From a virus (Duplodnaviria; Caudoviricetes): DNA of 64,000 nt. Below, in pieces: positions 58,455-64,000 of the stretch (its first letter is position 1; every line of letters begins with the position of its first letter). The notes beneath the pieces were generated by a model that was given only the letters and a program-made list of their open reading frames with translations, had not been told where the DNA came from and ran no database searches. The stretch lies in IMG/VR virus record IMGVR_UViG_3300011008_000999; one strand, given 5' to 3'. The position numbers were made by a program, and so were the translations under genes.

Positions 58455-58931
58455 TTATCTCCTTTTACTAAAATAGTCTTCCAAAATCTGTTTGTGATCA
58501 AATGCTAAATTATCCATATCAATATCCTTAATAAACTTAGCATCTGCTGCGTCGTCATCAGGTTTGACCATGGAGATATACTCTTGTGATAAGTTAATAG
58601 AATATACTATACTCACCACATGATCTCTAGGGTCTCTCTGAGGATCACTGTAGACTCCTTCTAGAACTATATTTGTAGGATCTATATCCAAACTAGTTTC
58701 TTCTTTTAACTCTCTGATTGCTGCTTGAAGAGTATTTTCTTTACCTACATCAAGGAAACCACCAGGAAGTGCCCATTTTCCACGGTAAGGAAAATTCTTA
58801 CGTTTTACAAACAAAATACCTTCATTATCAATATGAACTATAAAGTCCACAGTGACTGAAGGCTTTGGATATTTATTTGAGTCGTACTTTTCAAGGTATA
58901 ATCTTTCTTCTTCACTTTCAGGTACGTACAT
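58455..58931 (-). CDS. Nudix hydrolase (ADP-ribose pyrophosphatase-like)
   Basis: WALPGG...AAIRELKEET, RDPR, LAFDH. Confidence 0.9.
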   Translation of the reverse strand: MYVPESEEERLYLEKYDSNKYPKPSVTVDFIVHIDNEGILFVKRKNFPYRGKWALPGGFLDVGKENTLQAAIRELKEETSLDIDPTNIVLEGVYSDPQRDPRDHVVSIVYSINLSQEYISMVKPDDDAADAKFIKDIDMDNLAFDHKQILEDYFSKRR

Positions 58932-58949
58932 TTTAATAAATTCCTTTCA

Positions 58950-58965
58950 TATATATTAAATAGCT
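58950..58965 (-). promoter_or_regulatory. Class II motif immediately upstream of the Nudix RBS
   Basis: AGCTATTTAATATATA followed by TGAAAGGA. Confidence 0.6.
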
Positions 58966-58989
58966 CTTGATGTAACAATTGTGTAATAA

Positions 58990-59292
58990 TTACTTCCAGC
59001 TGTAACCATCTTTACAGATCATCTTACCAAGTACTACGCTTGCAGGACCATCGTCAAAATCAATCATCTCTTCAATATACTTCTCATGATCTATAGTTCT
59101 AGTCTTCTGAGCTACATAATACTCAGTATCATCCTGAGTATTATTCTTATGATTTTCATCAATGATCTTAGTATACTTTTTAAACATCTCATTATACTGC
59201 TTCTGAGTAATCGTCATTGTAGTGAAGTCCATATTATAAGTAGAAAATCCGATAAAATACTTTACTTTCTTTGCCATGATAAATACCTCCAT
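58990..59292 (-). CDS. Hypothetical protein
   Basis: Probable start MAKKVK; follows a class I promoter. Confidence 0.6.
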   Translation of the reverse strand: MEVFIMAKKVKYFIGFSTYNMDFTTMTITQKQYNEMFKKYTKIIDENHKNNTQDDTEYYVAQKTRTIDHEKYIEEMIDFDDGPASVVLGKMICKDGYSWK

Positions 59293-59310
59293 AATATTTA
59301 TTATGGTTTA

Positions 59311-59343
59311 ATTATAACAAGTTTCTATCGGATTGTAAATAGT
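59311..59343 (-). promoter_or_regulatory. Class I sigmaA-like promoter
   Basis: ACTA-TTTACA-N17-TATAAT with TG. Confidence 0.8.
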
Positions 59344-59379
59344 TATATTAAGTTTTTTATTTAAAGATACTATTCTTCG

Positions 59380-60282
59380 TTATTCTTCATCAAATATAAG
59401 TGTTAGTGTCATTCTATCTTCACCTACTACTGTGTTAGAAAAGATCTTATTAAGAGATTTTTCATACTGCTTAGGATTAATCATTGAAGGTGAAAAATGT
59501 GTAAGCCAAAGTCTTTTAACATTAGCAGTAGCAGCAATATCTGCAGCTTCTGTCATAAGCATGTGTTTTTTCTGTCTAGCTTTTGTCTTAGTATCTTCAT
59601 CTGTTTCACCATACATACCTTCACAAATGAAAAGATCTGAATCTTTTGCATAATCTATAATGGATTCAGTAGGTCTTGTATCTGTGCAATAAGTAACCTT
59701 AAGACCTTTACGAGGAGCACTCATAACCATATCAGGTGTAAAATTATCAATAGATTCACCATGCTGTAACTTATTCCAGTATTTAAGTGGAATATTAAGC
59801 TCTTTTGCTCGATCAGGATTAAACTTACCAAGTCTATTAAGTTGGAATGTATATCCAAAGCAAGGCATACCGTGCTTTACTTTAAATGCTGAAATATTGA
59901 GACCGTATAAATTAAGACTGGTATTATCACTCAATTCTATAAATTCAATCTCAAAAGAAATTTCCGGAGCAATAACTCTAAGACAGTTAACTATTCTACT
60001 AATTCCCTTAGGTCCAATAATTGTAAGAGGCTCTGTTTTACCTGAATTAGTCATTGCAAGTAAAAGACCAGGAAGACCTGAAATATGATCAGCATGAAAG
60101 TGTGTTATCATAAGAACATCAATATCCTTAAATGACCAACCATGTATTCTAATACTTGTCTGAGTAGATTCACCACAATCTATAAGAAAAGAATGACCAT
60201 TATATCTTAACATACAAGATGTCAAGAATCTCTCAGGTAAAGGCATCATTCCGCTTGTTCCTAATAAACATATATCTAGCAT
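59380..60282 (-). CDS. rnz: Ribonuclease Z
   Basis: LGTSGMMP, DCGE, THFHADHISGL, TDTRP, KHM, LTHFS. Confidence 0.92.
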   Translation of the reverse strand: MLDICLLGTSGMMPLPERFLTSCMLRYNGHSFLIDCGESTQTSIRIHGWSFKDIDVLMITHFHADHISGLPGLLLAMTNSGKTEPLTIIGPKGISRIVNCLRVIAPEISFEIEFIELSDNTSLNLYGLNISAFKVKHGMPCFGYTFQLNRLGKFNPDRAKELNIPLKYWNKLQHGESIDNFTPDMVMSAPRKGLKVTYCTDTRPTESIIDYAKDSDLFICEGMYGETDEDTKTKARQKKHMLMTEAADIAATANVKRLWLTHFSPSMINPKQYEKSLNKIFSNTVVGEDRMTLTLIFDEE

Positions 60283-60311
60283 AAAAATACTCTCCTTGTT
60301 AATATATTGCT

Positions 60312-60344
60312 ATTATAACAAAGAGAGTTTAGTTTGTAAATAGT
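60312..60344 (-). promoter_or_regulatory. Class I promoter of rnz
   Basis: ACTA-TTTACA-N17-TATAAT with TG. Confidence 0.8.
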
Positions 60345-60395
60345 TTGTTTGCAGACAAATAGGGAACCATATTTCTATGATTCCCTTTAGTTTAA

Positions 60396-60956
60396 TTACC
60401 AGAAATTTACAATGGTGTCATGCATAGCCTGATTATCAGATATTTGTTTTTCATTAGGACCTTTATCACTACCAGGATCACCAATAAAATCATCATTAGC
60501 CACGATCATATTACCAGTTACGTAAAAGAACTGAATATACTGTAATCCAATTGCTTCAGCTCTCTGACCTACTACAGTATTATCAGTAACTGTAGTATCA
60601 GTTAATACCTCAGTTTTGATATACTCAAATGTAGCATTTGCTGCATCCACATCGTCAAATGTATAGAAAGTAATAGTTGGCATACTATCAAATCTGTATA
60701 CATTTGCAGTGATTTCACCAAATTTCTCAGTTGTAGCAACACCTTTACTAAAAATCTTACCTTTTGTTTGAATAGATTCTAATGTCATCTCATTAGGATC
60801 AATTACTACTTCAGCAGGTGCAGAAGTAGGACTTGCTGCATTTTCAGATACAGTAACAGTTGCAGATTCTGTTACATCTGTGTCTTTTGCAGTGCATCCA
60901 GCTGTCATAGTTAGTACCATTACTAAAGTAAAGACAGCAATTAATTTGTTCTTCAT
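60396..60956 (-). CDS. Lipoprotein
   Basis: Lipobox TAGC. Confidence 0.7.
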   Translation of the reverse strand: MKNKLIAVFTLVMVLTMTAGCTAKDTDVTESATVTVSENAASPTSAPAEVVIDPNEMTLESIQTKGKIFSKGVATTEKFGEITANVYRFDSMPTITFYTFDDVDAANATFEYIKTEVLTDTTVTDNTVVGQRAEAIGLQYIQFFYVTGNMIVANDDFIGDPGSDKGPNEKQISDNQAMHDTIVNFW

Positions 60957-61169
60957 TCGTCTACTTTCCTTTCTCTAGGTGTTCTCCAGAGGTTCTAGGA
61001 TGACATCTGGAGACTTGGACTTAATGTAATATATGTTTTATTAACCATCAAACCAAGTAATATCTGGATGTCAATCTCAAATATTATAACAATATTAGCT
61101 GAGACTACAACTATTCCAAATACAAATAAGGTCTGATGTAAAACATCTTTTTTATCTAACCATTTACTC

Positions 61170-61679
61170 TCATGGATTTCTTTTCTTACGTTCTAATAAT
61201 GATATAACTACAAAATTTATCATTAGAGCTACTACACATCCTAAACAATCTATTCCTACATCAAGGATCGTGCAACCTCTTCCATTCACAAAATATTGAT
61301 GTAATTCATCAATTCCTGCATATACAAGAGTAAACACGAACGCTAATACATAATACTTAATCTTAGACTTAAATCCATACATAAATCTTAAATGTGTAAA
61401 TATACTAGCACCTAAAAGTCCAAATAACGTAAAATGTGCAAGTTTTCTAATGTTTATAAAGGTAAATAGCTTATTGTTCATTGTAATGAACTCATAGAAT
61501 TTACCACTTAACTTTCCAGATTCCTCTCCAGTTTGTGAAGAAAATAGAAAGATTAAAATCATAAGTAGAATCGATATAAATAAAAATCGATTATGCCTAA
61601 TAGTATGAAATACGTGTCTAACCTTATTACGTGTTTCATTTCGTTCAGCTAAATTCCTTTTAGCAAACTTAAAGTGCAC
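61170..61679 (-). CDS. vanZ: VanZ-family membrane protein
   Basis: IFLFSSQ, IRKLAHF, DELHQYFVNGR...DVGID. Confidence 0.85.
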   Translation of the reverse strand: MHFKFAKRNLAERNETRNKVRHVFHTIRHNRFLFISILLMILIFLFSSQTGEESGKLSGKFYEFITMNNKLFTFINIRKLAHFTLFGLLGASIFTHLRFMYGFKSKIKYYVLAFVFTLVYAGIDELHQYFVNGRGCTILDVGIDCLGCVVALMINFVVISLLERKKRNP

Positions 61680-61749
61680 GAGTCATATTCTCCCTTCATA
61701 ACATCTAATAGGGTACCAATTAGATATTGATACCCTATTATTTACATAT

Positions 61750-62034
61750 TTAATTTTTTCTTACTGCGTCTAATCGAGCTCTACACTCAGCTTTCTGCTC
61801 TTCAGTTAATACTCTAGGCTGTCTAAACGAGAGTAACTTTTTAGGAAACTCATACGTTTTAGATAATTCATCTTCTTTAACAACCTTATAAGTATCTGGA
61901 AATTTCTTAACTAGAGCATCAAGTTTACGTATGTACACAGGATCAGCAGTATAAACAGAAGCAATTTTCGTTTCAGCATCTGTTGTTACAATAGTTTCCT
62001 GCTCGCATCTTAATAAATGATGTACCATACGCAA
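61750..62034 (-). CDS. Hypothetical protein
   Basis: EQETIV...SVYTAD...YEFPK. Confidence 0.6.
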   Translation of the reverse strand: MRMVHHLLRCEQETIVTTDAETKIASVYTADPVYIRKLDALVKKFPDTYKVVKEDELSKTYEFPKKLLSFRQPRVLTEEQKAECRARLDAVRKN

Positions 62035-62041
62035 CTCCTTA

Positions 62042-64000
62042 TTATACTGAATGTACTTCTACAATTTCTTCACCCTTTTTGAGGTAAATTACTTTCTTAC
62101 CACCAGCTCCTCTTCCCTGAGGCTTACCAGTTTCAATTACCTCTTTGCGACCATTATTTGTAGTAATTTCAATCTTCTCATTTGTATCTTTCAAAAGCTT
62201 GATAGAGAAAATTTCGTCTGTATCAGACTTAAGACCACAAATAGTAGTACCAATTACCTTACTAAGCTTGAGTGTTGACTTAACTTCACCCATCTTACCA
62301 AGACCTTCTTTAGTAACGAAGTAGATGTATGGAAGATCAACATCTTCTGAGTAGATTGCAATAATCTTCTCATCTCCAATTTCAGGTCTAATAGTATTGA
62401 TTACTGTACCAGATGCAGTAGGCATACACTTATCAATCATATTTGAGAATACCTTATACATCTGACCTTTATTAGAAACAAGTACAATCTTCTGATTACC
62501 AGAAACCTTAACAGTCTTCTCATCTTCTTCTGTCTGACGGAACTTCATAACATCAATTCTCTTCAAGCAGTTTTCAGAAGTAAGAACAACCATAAATTCT
62601 TTCTTAGGTTTAAGTGAATCAGGCTTAGCAATCTTAGCAGGTCTATTTTCATCAGAAGAATTATCAACTACTACATCAATAACCTCAGTCTTACGTTCCC
62701 AAGCATATTTTTCAATAAGTGCATTGAATCTGCCAAGGAAGTACTTTTCCTGAGATTTCTTATTTACTAACAGATCTTCATTAAGTTTCTTCTGAGTTTC
62801 AAGAGTCTTCTTTTCATCATGAAGCTTAACCTGTTCAAGATTTGCGAGTCTACCAAGAGGTGTATGTACAATGTAATCTGCCTGACGTTCAGAGAACTTA
62901 TATTTCTTCATTCCCATAATAGCGAGCTTAGCATCTTCCATTGACTTGGACTTCTTAATAGTAGCAATGATTTCATCAATAATCTCAAGAGCATTAAGTA
63001 AGCCATCAAGTAGCTCAAGTCTAGCATTAATCTCATCAAGATTAAACTGAGCTTCTTTAATTACCATTGCAATATTACCTTTAACGAAGTTTTCCATATA
63101 ATGCTGGAAGGTAATAAGTACAGGCTTACCATTCTCATCAACAGCTTTATGCTCATCAGAGATATTGATCTGAAGACATGTCTTCTTGAATAACTGATCA
63201 AGTGTATATTCAGCAGTACCATCTTCACATTCAATTTCGATCTTAAAACCTTTCTTACCACACAAGTTACTTACATCTGTAATTGTGTTGGCATTATTAT
63301 TAAGATACTTCTTAACATCGTCAATGAACTGCTCAGGATAAACCTGATAAGGAAGTGAAAGAATACGAATAGTATTTCCATCAATTTCAGTCTTACCTCT
63401 AAGACGAATAGTACCTTTACCAGTCTCATAAAGAGCCTTCATCTTAGACTTATTGATAATAACACCACCAGTAGGGAAGTCAGGGTACATATTAGAACAA
63501 TCAGTTTTACCTGTCTTAAGATAATTCTCTAACTGTTCTTTGAATTCATATAAGTTACCAGAACTCCAAGAGTTAGAAACTGTATAACCCATACCAGAAG
63601 TATTTGTAATAAAGAGAAGTGGAAGTAATGCCTGCCAGTTTTTAAGAATAGGCTCATCTTCCTCTTCCAAATAGTTGAGACCCATATCAAGAAGCTTCGT
63701 ATTATAGAACAATACATCTTCAGTGAACTTAGAAAGTCTCATTTCAGTGTATCTTGCAGCACCAGGTGTAGGACCACCAATTGCAGAACCAAATGAACCA
63801 TGTCCATCAATATACGGAATATGATAGATATAGTCTGCTGCCATACGAGCAAGAGCGCCATAAGATCCACCATGAGGTGAGAATGACATTACTTCACCTT
63901 CAACTTTAGCGGACTTGGTGTAGGGTTTATTTGATCTACGACCATTAACCCACATTGCCCATAAAGCATGACCAGCAATAGGTTTAAAACCTGGAGCTAA
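62042..64000 (-). CDS. Type IIA topoisomerase (GyrA/ParC-like) subunit A; 5' end lies beyond the window
   Basis: Frame open to the window end (LAPGFKPI...); SPHG, GHGSFGS, AARYTE active-site Tyr, PDFPTGG, beta-pinwheel-like C-terminus. Confidence 0.92.
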   Translation of the reverse strand, partial: LAPGFKPIAGHALWAMWVNGRRSNKPYTKSAKVEGEVMSFSPHGGSYGALARMAADYIYHIPYIDGHGSFGSAIGGPTPGAARYTEMRLSKFTEDVLFYNTKLLDMGLNYLEEEDEPILKNWQALLPLLFITNTSGMGYTVSNSWSSGNLYEFKEQLENYLKTGKTDCSNMYPDFPTGGVIINKSKMKALYETGKGTIRLRGKTEIDGNTIRILSLPYQVYPEQFIDDVKKYLNNNANTITDVSNLCGKKGFKIEIECEDGTAEYTLDQLFKKTCLQINISDEHKAVDENGKPVLITFQHYMENFVKGNIAMVIKEAQFNLDEINARLELLDGLLNALEIIDEIIATIKKSKSMEDAKLAIMGMKKYKFSERQADYIVHTPLGRLANLEQVKLHDEKKTLETQKKLNEDLLVNKKSQEKYFLGRFNALIEKYAWERKTEVIDVVVDNSSDENRPAKIAKPDSLKPKKEFMVVLTSENCLKRIDVMKFRQTEEDEKTVKVSGNQKIVLVSNKGQMYKVFSNMIDKCMPTASGTVINTIRPEIGDEKIIAIYSEDVDLPYIYFVTKEGLGKMGEVKSTLKLSKVIGTTICGLKSDTDEIFSIKLLKDTNEKIEITTNNGRKEVIETGKPQGRGAGGKKVIYLKKGEEIVEVHSV

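Noticed and set aside
61170-61679. Glycopeptide resistance locus
   Set aside because: Lone VanZ-family gene without vanHAX or vanRS; the family is widespread and not diagnostic
1405-62278. Plus-strand ORFs and short nested minus-strand ORFs in the ORF track
   Set aside because: They overlap longer minus-strand genes that have RBSs and recognisable motifs, and show no motifs of their own; treated as shadow ORFs
1-64000. CRISPR array, rRNA, IS/transposase, integrase, virion genes
   Set aside because: No regularly spaced repeats or diagnostic motifs found by eye; the recurring motifs are dispersed and promoter-like

Overview
AT-rich, gene-dense 64 kb segment in which essentially every credible gene lies on the minus strand. 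No rRNA, CRISPR array, transposase or virion structural gene was recognised. The content points to a very large mobile replicon of a low-GC Firmicute (clostridial/Lachnospiraceae-like host is an inference), most likely a conjugative megaplasmid with phage-like gene organisation. Cargo: (i) conjugation-like genes (two paralogous multi-TM proteins, one fused to a phage-tail-lysozyme-like domain; TcpE-like; a VirB4/TcpF-like N-terminal half; a PilT-like ATPase; an FtsK-like ATPase); (ii) DNA metabolism (SbcC/SbcD, SSB, type IIA topoisomerase A subunit, SNF2 helicase, an NAD-dependent ligase split into two separately promoted genes 8.6 kb apart, a wHTH plus PolA-like palm protein, a second palm-like protein); (iii) a 7-gene nucleotide cluster (two dNMP-kinase-like, aldo-keto reductase, divergent ThyX-like, GT-A glycosyltransferase-like, nucleoside deoxyribosyltransferase, HD hydrolase) that is the best candidate for an undescribed base-modification pathway; (iv) a tandem array of five proteins sharing a C-terminal domain; (v) lipoproteins sharing an HNYAxN motif, a chemoreceptor, RNase Z, Nudix, HEPN proteins. 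Two recurring intergenic motifs (13 sigmaA-like promoters with ACTATTTAC around the -35, and 10 copies of RGCTATTTAWTWWWA lacking a -35) suggest a two-class transcription programme. A D-arm-less tRNA-like RNA is predicted at about 17.7 kb. All assignments come from reading motifs by eye; no database searches were run.
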